The notes: generated by a model from the sequence alone, not told the origin. Counted from the first letter of the stretch, positions 43,400 through 53,016 are shown. The stretch is DNA of 64,000 bases from an uncultured Ruminococcus sp. (GCA_902797885.1 CADBUP010000171.1:17687-81686); one strand, 5' to 3'. A program made the numbers and translations.

Positions 43400-43631
43400 C
43401 GATCCGTATACTGCTGTTGGTAATTATATTGGAGAACATTTCGGCTGGTACAATAGTTACATTGCTAGAATTAAGACTACAACTCTTGGCGAATCAAACG
43501 AATACGTTACGCCGATAGATTATCTTTCTGAAGATTTCGAGTGGGAAAACGATTGGTATGAAGGTGGAGAAGTTGAGTTGCTTGGCGTAATATCGGTCGA
43601 AGATATCGAAGTGCCGCCGCTTAAAGAATAA
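43371..43631 (+). CDS. hypothetical protein (non-ATG start)
   Basis: 86-aa ORF overlapping the previous gene. Confidence 0.4.
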   Translation: MKITWDKENSDPYTAVGNYIGEHFGWYNSYIARIKTTTLGESNEYVTPIDYLSEDFEWENDWYEGGEVELLGVISVEDIEVPPLKE

Positions 43632-43672
43632 GCGCAAAAGAAATAATTAAATATATCGTAAGACAAAAGAAA

Positions 43673-43891
43673 TTGAGAAACGATATATACTGCGTAGGCA
43701 TTAATGATTCTATGCGTATGGTTTTATCAGCGGCAGGAGCGCTGTTGAGTTGGGAAGAGAACCATCCCGGCGCTTACGTTATCCATAATGGTTTGTGCGG
43801 GCTGCCGTATGTTATCGATAATTCATTTGAAAAAATTCAATTAATGAACCGAACAGAATATCTGGAATGGAGCAATAGTAAATATTTATAA
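43673..43891 (+). CDS. hypothetical protein (non-ATG start)
   Basis: 72-aa ORF followed by a strong terminator. Confidence 0.4.
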   Translation: MRNDIYCVGINDSMRMVLSAAGALLSWEENHPGAYVIHNGLCGLPYVIDNSFEKIQLMNRTEYLEWSNSKYL

Positions 43892-43897
43892 CTGCAT

Positions 43898-43930
43898 AAC
43901 CAGCGGCCGCCAAAAGGCCGCTGGTTTATT
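43898..43930 (+). terminator. rho-independent terminator
   Basis: AACCAGCGGCC-GCCAAAA-GGCCGCTGGTT followed by TATT. Confidence 0.75.
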
Positions 43931-43948
43931 AAATGAAAGGAAACCCAA

Positions 43949-44218
43949 ATGATAGTCCAAGCTGCTTGCCGCGTGATAATTCCAGGAATAAGAGATATAC
44001 AGTGCATACCGCTTCATAGACATGGTGATATGGGAAAAATATTCAAAGCATTTGGATATAAACCCGGCGAATGTAAAATTGTGGAACAAGGATTTATCGA
44101 TAACCATGGCAACTTTTACAACAGAAAGTCTGCATTGAAACATGTAAATGAGTGCGGTCAACGATGTTTGCTTGGAAACTTCAATACAGACGAACTGTTT
44201 TCAGAAGACTTATATTAA
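43949..44218 (+). CDS. hypothetical protein
   Basis: 89 aa. GAAAGG RBS. Confidence 0.55.
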   Translation: MIVQAACRVIIPGIRDIQCIPLHRHGDMGKIFKAFGYKPGECKIVEQGFIDNHGNFYNRKSALKHVNECGQRCLLGNFNTDELFSEDLY

Positions 44219-44230
44219 AGGAGAATAATA

Positions 44231-44566
44231 ATGCCTGAGAAAATTGACACTGTTAGAGAGATTCTGTATAATGAAAAAATAGAACAGATCGCGACTTTGG
44301 CGGCCGAAAAAGCAGCCGAAAGAGTCATTTCTGCTCTAACGAATCTTGACAATGAAACAGCGTATAATTTATTTTCTCCTACTAAAACTACCTTAACCGT
44401 AGAAGAAGCAGCTCACCTTATTGGGGTTTCAAAACCTACGATGTACGCTATTGTTAAAAGACCTAGTTTTCCTGCAATACATATAGGCAGAAAAATTCTA
44501 ATTTGCCGAGATGCTTTGTTGAGATGGTTAAAAGGAGAAGATAGCTATGGGGAAAAGACGGTCTAA
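44231..44566 (+). CDS. xis: excisionase-family HTH DNA-binding protein
   Basis: LTVEEAAHLIGVSKPTMYAIVKR..FPAIHIGRKILICRDALLRWL (HTH_17/excisionase pattern). Overlaps int. Confidence 0.65.
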   Translation: MPEKIDTVREILYNEKIEQIATLAAEKAAERVISALTNLDNETAYNLFSPTKTTLTVEEAAHLIGVSKPTMYAIVKRPSFPAIHIGRKILICRDALLRWLKGEDSYGEKTV

Positions 44567-45683
44567 AGGAGAAGGAACCATCAGAAAAAGAAAGGACGGC
44601 GTATGGGAAGGAAGATTCTACATTAATGGAGTTCAACGCTCTATATATAGCGGATCGCAAAACGATATAAGAAAAAAGATGACTGAATCGTTAGCGGAAA
44701 TAGATAAAGACGAATTTTTAATTGAGAACAATATGACTCTTGAGCAGTGGCTTACTACATGGCAAGAAACGTATTTGTCTGATGTGAAGGATTCCACGGC
44801 TGATAGGTATAAGTCCTGCATAAGAGTTCACATAATCCCAGGGCTTGGCAAAATACCAATATCGAATTTGAAGCAGCCTACAATACAGAAATTTCTTAAC
44901 GAGTGTAAACTTAAAAAGAAGTTGTCAAAAAAGAGTATTCAGAATATCAGACTTGTTATAAATAAAGCAATGACCGAAGCCGTTGAATGTGAACTAATTA
45001 AAAAGAATCCCTGTGCAAAAACAAAGATTCCGGTCTACAGCGAGCCAAAAAAGGAGATGAGACCAATTACTGGAAATGAAATAACCGAATTCCTGGAAAC
45101 AATAAAAGGAAACGAGTACGAGAATCTGTTTTTCGTCGCGTTGTTTACGGGAGCGAGAGAGAGCGAGTTAATCGGGTTGTCTTGGGACTGCATTGATTTT
45201 TCCACTCAGAAAATTCATCTTTACAGGCAGCTGAAAAGATCAAGAGGAAAAAATAGTAAATACGTCTTTTCTTCGCTGAAAAACAATCAAACCAGAACAT
45301 TCACCGCTCCAAAAGAAGTCATTGATGTTCTTAAAAAAGTAAAGCTTAATCAGAACGAACAGAGGCTAAAAATTGGAAACGCATGGCATAATCCTGATAA
45401 TTTAGTCTTTACGAATGAAGTTGGCATGTATATTGAGACAGTTTCTCTTTATAGAAGCTTTAAGAAAGTTGCTGCCAGTATGGGGATCCCAGAATTAAGA
45501 TTCCATGATCTGCGTCATTCATATGCTACATTAGCTCTGGAACGAGGAGTCGATTCTAAAACTGTTTCGATGAACTTAGGGCATGCGACAGTAGCTTTTA
45601 CATTAGATAAGTATGGGCACGTATCCGAAGCTATGATGAGTGATTCAGCAAATAAGATCCAATCATTCATCGAGACAATATGA
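44547..45683 (+). CDS. int: tyrosine site-specific integrase
   Basis: N-terminal SAM-like domain. TGARESELIGL (Arg I), HDLRHSYAT (HxxR), GHATVAFTLDKYGHV (catalytic Tyr). Confidence 0.85.
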   Translation: MGKRRSKGEGTIRKRKDGVWEGRFYINGVQRSIYSGSQNDIRKKMTESLAEIDKDEFLIENNMTLEQWLTTWQETYLSDVKDSTADRYKSCIRVHIIPGLGKIPISNLKQPTIQKFLNECKLKKKLSKKSIQNIRLVINKAMTEAVECELIKKNPCAKTKIPVYSEPKKEMRPITGNEITEFLETIKGNEYENLFFVALFTGARESELIGLSWDCIDFSTQKIHLYRQLKRSRGKNSKYVFSSLKNNQTRTFTAPKEVIDVLKKVKLNQNEQRLKIGNAWHNPDNLVFTNEVGMYIETVSLYRSFKKVAASMGIPELRFHDLRHSYATLALERGVDSKTVSMNLGHATVAFTLDKYGHVSEAMMSDSANKIQSFIETI

Positions 45684-45753
45684 GACGAAAGTGAGACGAT
45701 TTGACCCGCAAAATGACCCATTTTTGACCCAATAAGGGTAGTAATAAGGGTAG
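45680..45753. repeat. arm-type repeat cluster (TGAGACGA x2, TGACCC x3, AATAAGGGTAG x2), probable integrase/Xis binding sites
   Basis: TGACCC at 45702, 45714 and 45725. AATAAGGGTAG at 45731 and 45743. Confidence 0.55.
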
Positions 45754-45803
45754 CAAACAAAGAAAAAGCCCTGGAACCCTTGTAATTCCAAGACTTTTTA
45801 GAA

Positions 45804-45830
45804 CGGAGAAGGAGAGATTCGAACTCTCAG
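45804..45830 (-). other. attP core candidate: 3' fragment of a tRNA (T arm + acceptor CTTCTCC-G, tRNA-Ser-like)
   Basis: The minus strand reads T-GAGAG-TTCGAAT-CTCTC-CTTCTCC-G. There is no matching 5' acceptor or D arm upstream, so it is not a complete tRNA. Confidence 0.6.
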
Positions 45831-45928
45831 GTGTTCGTACAACCCAGTATAATGCAGTATTACCAAGTCAAGAAAATCAGCGGTTTTTGCAACTTTCAGA
45901 CAACGTCGTACAACTGAAATAAATTCTA

Positions 45929-45950
45929 TTAAGGGTAATAATAAGGGTAG
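45929..45950. repeat. arm-type repeats on the other side of the core (TTAAGGGTA, AATAAGGGTAG)
   Basis: Third exact AATAAGGGTAG at 45940-45950. Confidence 0.55.
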
Positions 45951-46073
45951 TAAAATAAATTATATGCTGTTTCATTGTTAGATTTCTACCAAAGCACCAT
46001 GCGAGTGATGTTTTGTTAGAAACCTATGTTATATATGGAAGATAATCGAAAGTCTTCCTTTTTTATGAGCCGA

Positions 46074-46100
46074 ATAAAAAAGGGCAGCCTAAAAGCTGCC
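46074..46100 (-). terminator. rho-independent terminator for the minus-strand block
   Basis: GGGCAGC/GCTGCCC stem. On the minus strand it is followed by TTTTTTATTC. Confidence 0.7.
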
Positions 46101-46109
46101 CTTAATCAG

Positions 46110-46499
46110 TTAGTCAATAAGATTTATTGCGATACTATCGTATACAATATATTCGCCAGGAATAAAAGCGTCTGGTCTGTCAACGACCTGGAATGTAGCG
46201 TGCTTTATATTGCCTTCTGTCAATAACTCCCATACTCCATTTTCGTTAACAGGAACTATTATAATAAGGTAGAAACTATCTCCAATGAACAGAGTAGATC
46301 GTATATAATAGCCTGCTTTGTCAGTAAAGATGTGTCCGTTAAAACCGTTTTCGTCTACTATTACATAATGGATAAGTGGTGCTTCTTCTATTTGTGTTTC
46401 CTCTGCGTTTGTAATAAACGTAAAGTTAACGGTCATAAGGCATATAATAACCATAAAAATCAGCCAACGAATAAGTCTCTCTTTCAACATAAAGATCAC
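46110..46499 (-). CDS. signal-anchored small protein (function unknown)
   Basis: N-terminal TM LIRWLIFMVIICLMTV. 129 aa. Confidence 0.6.
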   Translation of the reverse strand: MIFMLKERLIRWLIFMVIICLMTVNFTFITNAEETQIEEAPLIHYVIVDENGFNGHIFTDKAGYYIRSTLFIGDSFYLIIIVPVNENGVWELLTEGNIKHATFQVVDRPDAFIPGEYIVYDSIAINLID

Positions 46500-46506
46500 T
46501 CCTTAT

Positions 46507-47814
46507 TTAGGCTAATGCTTTGTTGATAATTTCCAACGCATTCAATAGATTCGTCTTCACCTGTTGAAGTTGCTCTTTTGTTATAACGTCGTCTTCCGAA
46601 TTAGAAGATCCTTCAGGCTTAAGAAATTTGGTCATCATGTAACCAGGCCGTCCAAAATACTGAACAGCACTCCAGCCATCGAGCACATCCATAACTTCAA
46701 TGTTTGTGCCAATAGGTACTTCAAATAGAACCTTTGAAGTTACAGAAGGATTGCTGCGCATATTAACAGTCTTCCCAGTTGGAGCAGTTACAATAGCGCG
46801 ATAAAGAGGTTCTTCCATTTCGCTTTCACCTTTTTCATAGTCTACGTACTTTAATTTTCCGCCATACTTCCAGTTTCCTTGAACGGTATCTCGTTTTATG
46901 CCGCCGGCAACACCCGTACAATGCGTGATACACAGTGGATTTATGGAAGTGACAACGCCGACGTGATAATAGTCTTTTTGATCGGGACTATTCTTATAGG
47001 AAGAAGGAAGGTCATATTTATCTTCGCCTGGGTTTCTGGCCTTAAAGACAATTTCACCGAGAAACATTTTACTAACACTTGGAATATACTCCAAATCATC
47101 TATAGCGTTTCGTGCCGCCCAGTTACTGCCATGTGTTCCTGTCCATTCTCCGCCGGCGAGACGCACTGCACCAATGATTAGGCCGATGCAGTCACATGTA
47201 CCGTTGCTTCCATCGTTTCCTAATTTATATGCTTTGATTCTGTTTACGTTTTCTTGAATGGCTGATAAAAAAGAAGAAAGAGTGATCATGTTGCTCTCCC
47301 CTTTCTCGTCCATAAACATGTTATAAAATTGTCGTCCATAGTTAGCTCTGTTTTGTTTTGATTCTTCGCTTTGATTTTTAGGCTTCTCATACTGCGTAAC
47401 GATAATATCAGACGCTTCCCTGATTGATTTTGCCTCACATACTGAGCGTAAACAGCTCTTATATGTTTGTAGTTCTTTCCACAGAAATTCGAGCTGCATA
47501 GCTAAGTCGCCTATTGATCTGTTTGTTTGGCTTGCATACATCAGAAGGTTTTCTTTACGAGAAGAATAAGTCCATTGAGCGAGGCCGTATCCTGCCGAAT
47601 CAAATACAAAATTTGTATACGTCCAGTTGTCTACGGCCTCTGTGTATTCTTCGTCTGTCATATTTAATTTTCTTTCATATGATCCCTGAAGATTCTTAGG
47701 GTTTAATCCGCTTTCAGCATATAAGTTGCCCATGAGAGCGGCTGTCCCATATGGATTCTTTATCTTATCATAAAGAAAATCCCATATTGTTTTTTCGTTC
47801 ATATTACATTTCAA
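46507..47814 (-). CDS. multidomain endolysin: lysozyme-like N-domain + NlpC/P60-like Cys peptidase + SH3
   Basis: GTAALMGNLYAESGLNP...GYGLAQWT (phage tail lysozyme-like). GTCDCIGLI...YHVGVV (Cys/His). C-terminal VNMRSNPSVTSKVL...GWSAVQY (SH3_3). Confidence 0.75.
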   Translation of the reverse strand: MKCNMNEKTIWDFLYDKIKNPYGTAALMGNLYAESGLNPKNLQGSYERKLNMTDEEYTEAVDNWTYTNFVFDSAGYGLAQWTYSSRKENLLMYASQTNRSIGDLAMQLEFLWKELQTYKSCLRSVCEAKSIREASDIIVTQYEKPKNQSEESKQNRANYGRQFYNMFMDEKGESNMITLSSFLSAIQENVNRIKAYKLGNDGSNGTCDCIGLIIGAVRLAGGEWTGTHGSNWAARNAIDDLEYIPSVSKMFLGEIVFKARNPGEDKYDLPSSYKNSPDQKDYYHVGVVTSINPLCITHCTGVAGGIKRDTVQGNWKYGGKLKYVDYEKGESEMEEPLYRAIVTAPTGKTVNMRSNPSVTSKVLFEVPIGTNIEVMDVLDGWSAVQYFGRPGYMMTKFLKPEGSSNSEDDVITKEQLQQVKTNLLNALEIINKALA

Positions 47815-48577
47815 CCGTAATTAACTTTTTATCGCCATGAAGCGTAATAATTTGTGGTGCGTGACTGGAAGGAAGAAGCTGTTTTCTGGCTGCATATCCG
47901 CCATAGTCAAGCCAGGAAGTCGCGACAATAACTTTCAAAGGCTTGATAGAAACTTTGTTATTGTAAGGATCGATATAAATCTTTCCTGGTTGAGTCACAT
48001 ATGGCTTGTGCGTATGGCCAACAAGTAGAGCGTCTGTTCCATCTATTGTGTATCCAAAGCGTTCATTGCGATTAACGGCAGCGCCAGTCCATATGCCACC
48101 GCCAGCGCCGTGCATCACAGTCAGAATATAACAAGGATCCTTGTGGTCATCTCCAAGCTTGATTTTTAAGAAAGCGATGTTCTCACGGTATATGTCCTCT
48201 AAATTCAGCTTACAGAGTATGTCATACATAGGATCGTCGTCAGCGTCTTTCCAACTGCGCGCTTCATGGTTTCCTGGTACGGCGCACAGGATTCTGTCAG
48301 CTAATGGTTTTAGCATTTCGGCCATCATGATTTTCTGCTCTCTTGGTCTGATAATATCATCAAATGGGCCGGAAACGCTGTTTCGCGTCCCATTGTTGAT
48401 TAAGTCGCCGCCTAAAATAATATAAGCGTTAGGATCATCTAAAACAGAATCGCAAAACTTAGACCACGCTTCACCCATATGTTCCTTCGAACCAAGGTGC
48501 AAGTCTGCGATAAAATGTATGTGTGCGTCTTTTCGTTTTGGAAGTGTCTTTACGATCATATCAAAGTCTTGATGCAT
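47804..48577 (-). CDS. calcineurin-like metallophosphoesterase
   Basis: IADLHLGS, GGDLINNG, PGNHE, HGAGGG and VGHTHKP motifs in canonical order. Confidence 0.75.
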   Translation of the reverse strand: MHQDFDMIVKTLPKRKDAHIHFIADLHLGSKEHMGEAWSKFCDSVLDDPNAYIILGGDLINNGTRNSVSGPFDDIIRPREQKIMMAEMLKPLADRILCAVPGNHEARSWKDADDDPMYDILCKLNLEDIYRENIAFLKIKLGDDHKDPCYILTVMHGAGGGIWTGAAVNRNERFGYTIDGTDALLVGHTHKPYVTQPGKIYIDPYNNKVSIKPLKVIVATSWLDYGGYAARKQLLPSSHAPQIITLHGDKKLITVEM

Positions 48578-48609
48578 AAATCGTACTCCTTAAAAATAAA
48601 AACGGTACA

Positions 48610-48750
48610 TTAATGAATAATGATCTTGTTCATGCAATAGCACGTTACGCAATCGCTTTTTCCGTCGCTGCCGTCGTGACCCAATTCGTAGGCATGGATG
48701 CGGTCGGCGTTTTCCTGGACGCAGGCCAAAAATTGTTTTAATGTGATCAT
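48610..48750 (-). CDS. hypothetical 46-aa protein
   Basis: Not in the supplied ORF track (<60 aa). GGAGCAAACC precedes the ATG. MITLKQFLACVQENADRIHAYELGHDGSDGKSDCVTCYCMNKIIIH. Confidence 0.3.
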   Translation of the reverse strand: MITLKQFLACVQENADRIHAYELGHDGSDGKSDCVTCYCMNKIIIH

Positions 48751-48782
48751 GGTTTGCTCCTTATATACTGTTTTTATGGTTT

Positions 48783-49148
48783 TTAATCAGTAAAATATAC
48801 TCCATAGCATAGCGCCGTTCCGTTAATTGTCGCAAAGTTTCTCATGCCGCCATCATTCCTGATTTGTAAATATCCAACTACGGTACGATCATTGGTGTTA
48901 TATGCGGGAAATGCAATCCATTCTTTACTTTTCGGCATATTGGAAAACAACCCATTAACGGTATCCGCTGGCAATGTTTGCGTAGCCGTAATTTTCGCAA
49001 AAAAAACTACACATTTATCAATCTTGCTATACTCGATATACGTGTTTTCCGAATCAGTTATAGCTGTGTTATAACCTGGTGCTAAACCGATTCTTTTTAC
49101 CGCGTCAATAAGTGCAGGCCGTTCTCCCATACTTGTTGCCATAATCAC
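48783..49148 (-). CDS. hypothetical protein
   Basis: 121 aa. Overlaps the upstream ORF by 4 nt. Confidence 0.55.
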   Translation of the reverse strand: MIMATSMGERPALIDAVKRIGLAPGYNTAITDSENTYIEYSKIDKCVVFFAKITATQTLPADTVNGLFSNMPKSKEWIAFPAYNTNDRTVVGYLQIRNDGGMRNFATINGTALCYGVYFTD

Positions 49149-49390
49149 TCACCTGCCGTTTCTTCTGTCGTGTTATTGCTCTGCCTATCCCACACCCGGC
49201 TTTCAATCATGATACCGTCTGAGCGCAAAATATGTGCGCTATGGTAGGGTATTTCACTCACCGCCGCCGCAGCGCACACTGTGAAAAATTTGGCATACGC
49301 CGCGTTCATATCGGTAAAGTGGTCATAGAGCAATCCAAAGCTGCCGTCATTGCGTACCTGGTTTTCAATCGTTGTGTAAATGGTTTCCAT
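49145..49390 (-). CDS. hypothetical protein
   Basis: 81 aa. AGGAGG RBS. Confidence 0.55.
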   Translation of the reverse strand: METIYTTIENQVRNDGSFGLLYDHFTDMNAAYAKFFTVCAAAAVSEIPYHSAHILRSDGIMIESRVWDRQSNNTTEETAGE

Positions 49391-49403
49391 TTTTCATTCC
49401 TCC

Positions 49404-50489
49404 TTACGTTCCTGTTACGTCGGTGTTGTCGCTGAGTTTGATTTTTACTGTTGTGCTGCCGCTGATCATCGCCGAGAATGTTACACTGTTTGTCGCCGTA
49501 GTCACTGTCCAGCCGCTTTGTACCACGCTTGGCGTTCCGAATTCTATCCTGTCCACGGTCATGCTGGATGTTACGCCCGTTACAGATTTTGTTACGGTTA
49601 CAGTGCTACCTGTGCCTGTTACGGTTCCCATGTTAACAGTGATGGGGATCAGTTTGCGGTTAGCGTAGGTATCGCTGGAATTTGCCGTGCTCAATTGGCA
49701 TTTCAGCAGCTCCAGATCATAATTGGGTGGCGGATCGTTCAGCACCCATACGCCATTTTTCTGGTGGGCGAGGGTTTGAGTGTCACCGATTTCCAGTTTT
49801 ACGGCGACTATAGTAAGCGACGAAACTATTATAAATTTACCATCGCTAAGACTGTAGACGGTCATATTTCCAAGACCACTTCCGCCACTATTTCTTCCAA
49901 AAGTCATGGTGGTGTACTTTAATACGTTTTCACTTGTAAGCGCCGAAAAGGTAACGGTTTTATCCAGCAGTTTCGCAAAGTCATTCACCGTTTGGGCAAT
50001 ACGGCCAGAATTGAATTTTAGGCCCTCGGACAGTAAACTAACATTGCTACTAACATCCATCATCCATCTATCTATAGTGTAACCTATGCCGCTGTATGAT
50101 GTTTGCCCCCGCTGATTGATAGGAAACTGCTTCCCTCCTTGCTGACTGCCGCCGCCAACAAAATACCAGTTATCCAACAGGTTTACGCCCTTCCCGACAA
50201 CTGGCATTTTGCCATCCAGCGCCGCTTTCACACCGCCGCTTTGCACCGGGTTTGTGCTGTTTGCTGTAGGCGTAGCGTCTACGGTAACGGCCTTTTTCGT
50301 CGCCGCGATTACGCCTTGCTCGTTCTGTGAAATCGTGTCAATAAACGCGAGCGCACTACCGCTGGCGCTGGGGGATGATACGGCAGACTGAACGTTTTTC
50401 TTCTCATTCCATTTTGATAAATTATTTACCCAGTCTTTAAATAAAGAAGTGTATTGTCTTAAACGATCTAGGGTGATAAATGTTCCCAC
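49404..50489 (-). CDS. tail fibre / receptor-binding-like protein
   Basis: N-terminal fibre-adaptor-like segment. Ser/Thr/Gly/Val-rich beta-rich body. Confidence 0.5.
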   Translation of the reverse strand: MGTFITLDRLRQYTSLFKDWVNNLSKWNEKKNVQSAVSSPSASGSALAFIDTISQNEQGVIAATKKAVTVDATPTANSTNPVQSGGVKAALDGKMPVVGKGVNLLDNWYFVGGGSQQGGKQFPINQRGQTSYSGIGYTIDRWMMDVSSNVSLLSEGLKFNSGRIAQTVNDFAKLLDKTVTFSALTSENVLKYTTMTFGRNSGGSGLGNMTVYSLSDGKFIIVSSLTIVAVKLEIGDTQTLAHQKNGVWVLNDPPPNYDLELLKCQLSTANSSDTYANRKLIPITVNMGTVTGTGSTVTVTKSVTGVTSSMTVDRIEFGTPSVVQSGWTVTTATNSVTFSAMISGSTTVKIKLSDNTDVTGT

Positions 50490-50534
50490 TTATCGCACCC
50501 CCTTTTTTAATTTATTAAATTCGTAACAATATAA

Positions 50535-50852
50535 TTACGCAAAATCATTTTTAAGAGCGTATACAGCAGCCTCAATAGCTGCATCAATTGCGCTATCGTC
50601 GATGTGGTATCCCTGATCTTTTAAAACATCAAGTACATAGGCTTTTTTCTTTTGTCCTTCAGTAGAATTGAATAACTGCTCTGCGGCTTTCACCGCTGTA
50701 TTTACAGCTAATTTCAAAAGAGCAGCTTGTGTTTCTGTAATTTTACCGTTTTCTGCGTCAACTTTTTTCTTAAGCCAGGGAATGATAAATCCAGTTAATA
50801 CGGCGCTAAGAAGCGCAATTACAGCAAGAATTATTTGAGTTAAATCAACCAT
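50535..50852 (-). CDS. holin (LL-H family-like)
   Basis: Single N-terminal TM (IILAVIALLSAVLTGFIIPW), then the pattern AVNTAVKAAEQL...KKKAYVLDVL...IDAAIEAAV. AAAGGA RBS before ATG 50852. Confidence 0.6.
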   Translation of the reverse strand: MVDLTQIILAVIALLSAVLTGFIIPWLKKKVDAENGKITETQAALLKLAVNTAVKAAEQLFNSTEGQKKKAYVLDVLKDQGYHIDDSAIDAAIEAAVYALKNDFA

Positions 50853-50868
50853 AATTAATTCCTTTCTG

Positions 50869-51195
50869 TCAGCCATTAGCTGAATCATTTTGATAATTAT
50901 TGTTTGAATCAGTATTAATGGCAGAAGATAGTTTTCCTGATAAATCCATCTCCATCTTTGCCTTATCTAATACTGTTAACAAACTTTTTTCATAGATAGA
51001 ATTTTTTGTATATGCCCATACATGGATAATCATAACAATAGATACTATGATTGCCATATAAACACAGGCTATAGCAACTTCTGGACGATAACACATCACA
51101 AACAACAACGCAGAAAGAAATACAATCCAGTATATAGCGCCAGATTTTGCTAGCCATTTACTAAACTGTTTTTTCGGATCCTTTTTTATTGGCAT
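50869..51195 (-). CDS. membrane protein (2 TM)
   Basis: GAGGTG RBS before ATG 51195. Confidence 0.5.
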   Translation of the reverse strand: MPIKKDPKKQFSKWLAKSGAIYWIVFLSALLFVMCYRPEVAIACVYMAIIVSIVMIIHVWAYTKNSIYEKSLLTVLDKAKMEMDLSGKLSSAINTDSNNNYQNDSANG

Positions 51196-51209
51196 AAAAA
51201 CACACCTCA

Positions 51210-51794
51210 TCATTTCAGGAAGTCGTTTTCTCGTTGACAACGCTGATATTCATGATATAGGAACTCATAGTCTGCTTTATATACGTCATTTGTCCAATGA
51301 TTATGTTTAACTAGTCGTTCATATTCTTCATTTTCTTTAATCAGATTTTTAAAGTCTTCTTCTGTGTGTTTTTCCCCGACCCGTAACGATCTTGAGAAAT
51401 TAAGAACGTGTGCCTTTATTCTTGCAATAGCAGCTTTATCTTGACTTAATTCGATTTGTTCTAATCGTTTTTTCGTTTCTTCGGAGTTGTTTGTTACATT
51501 TGTTTTTATTTCGTTCAAAGCGTTAGTTGTTTTCGTGTTCAGTTCGTAGATTTTTTCTTCAGTGTCTTTTTTTAGTTCGTCGATTTTTTTATTTGTGTCT
51601 ACCTTAAGTTCTGCTATGTCTTTTTTTAGACCACCGATCAATCTTGACCCAACCCAATTTAACAATGCGGTTATTGGAGATAGTTTTATTTTTGAAAATT
51701 CAAAAAACAAAGAAAAAACAAAAACAAGTATAACTATCGTCCAACCTGCGTTTTCGGCAATCCATTGCGTAACAGGTTTGGCGATGTCATTCAT
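51210..51794 (-). CDS. membrane-anchored coiled-coil protein
   Basis: AAAGGAG RBS before ATG 51794. One TM, then heptad-like repeats. Confidence 0.55.
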   Translation of the reverse strand: MNDIAKPVTQWIAENAGWTIVILVFVFSLFFEFSKIKLSPITALLNWVGSRLIGGLKKDIAELKVDTNKKIDELKKDTEEKIYELNTKTTNALNEIKTNVTNNSEETKKRLEQIELSQDKAAIARIKAHVLNFSRSLRVGEKHTEEDFKNLIKENEEYERLVKHNHWTNDVYKADYEFLYHEYQRCQRENDFLK

Positions 51795-51912
51795 TGTAAT
51801 GTCTCCTTTCTTGGCACAATGCAACATAATTTAACAGTGTGTCTGGTGTATGAAATTTCATTCAATATTGAATACCGCATAGACCAGATACACTGTCTTG
51901 TTACAGATTGTG

Positions 51913-53016
51913 TTAACTAAATAATGCCGCTATTTCAGCGGCAGTTGCAACGTCTTCGTATATGTTATCCACTGCAGATGTTACAGTACTTACTGTTGCG
52001 GCCTTATTTGTTGAAGAGTCATAAGTTCCGTCAAAAATATATGTAGTGTCTGATCCTGGAATGCCTAAGTTAGTAATATCGTTTTTTGTTACCTTGGACA
52101 CAGAGCCAACGTGTCCTTCTGCTGTCACAGAAAACAAATACAAATCAGCGTTTTTAGCTTGACTTATTTTATTGTTGTCGGTTGCGTGAATATACGCAGC
52201 ATTTCCATAGTCTCCGCGATAAGCTGTAGAACTTGTTGTTCCTAATGCTAAAGAAGGCGATATTTCCACATAGTCGGAACCGCCCCACCTATATGTTAAA
52301 TTTGTGCTAATGTCTACATATATTATACCGGAAACACCAGTTAATGGAAAATTACTTTTCGATGCAAACTCTAAAACATCATCCACGTAAGATGGCAGTT
52401 GCGACGCTGGGACTTTCCCGTATTCGTCTAATTCCGCAAGTCCGTTTGCAGATCCTTTTAGTGAAGAGTCAAGCTTTCCGCTAATATCTTGATGTGAAGT
52501 AATAACAGTGCCAAGGTCAACCACACCAGACGTTCCTTTAGATGATCCGTTCATCGTAATTCCGGTAATTGTCCCCTGATTAGCTGTTGCGTTTTCTGCA
52601 ATTCCATCAAGCTTTGTTTTGTCTTCTGAAGACATGAGGCCATCTATAGATTGTGTGGCAGCGGAATACGTCGTGTTATTATCAGGAATCGTAATAGTCG
52701 TTGCCGTTCCAACGGACGGTGTTAAAGTGATAATATGTCCATCTAAGCTATTCTGTGTTAATGTATAAGTCGTATCTGTTATTCCAGACGGGAGCTGACT
52801 TGATGGTATTTTTCCATCAGATCCCAAAGATGCTACGCCGTTTACGCTGCCGACACTGTCAATGCTTACCTTTTCATCTAAAGCGTCCTGCACACCATTG
52901 ATAACAGCTGCAATAACATCGTTTGTAGGATAATTATTTAATTTCTGGGCGAAATAAGCCAACCCATTAGCGTCCAGAAACTTTTTAACAGCTGTTGCCG
53001 CGTATGTAGTCGGCAT
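51913..53016 (-). CDS. tail fibre protein (paralogue set)
   Basis: N-terminal VKKFLDANGLAYFAQKL. GITDTTY motif. C-terminal AAEIAALFS. Confidence 0.6.
   Translation of the reverse strand: MPTTYAATAVKKFLDANGLAYFAQKLNNYPTNDVIAAVINGVQDALDEKVSIDSVGSVNGVASLGSDGKIPSSQLPSGITDTTYTLTQNSLDGHIITLTPSVGTATTITIPDNNTTYSAATQSIDGLMSSEDKTKLDGIAENATANQGTITGITMNGSSKGTSGVVDLGTVITSHQDISGKLDSSLKGSANGLAELDEYGKVPASQLPSYVDDVLEFASKSNFPLTGVSGIIYVDISTNLTYRWGGSDYVEISPSLALGTTSSTAYRGDYGNAAYIHATDNNKISQAKNADLYLFSVTAEGHVGSVSKVTKNDITNLGIPGSDTTYIFDGTYDSSTNKAATVSTVTSAVDNIYEDVATAAEIAALFS

Noticed and set aside
43898-43930. Possible regulatory hairpin or attenuator before ORF 43949
   Set aside because: A GC-rich stem plus T-tract immediately after a stop codon fits a plain intrinsic terminator.
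45780-46110. Prophage-host junction after the integrase
   Set aside because: The DNA beyond the tRNA fragment encodes lysis and tail genes of the same phage (same RBS style and composition), so this is attP within a phage genome, not attL/attR.
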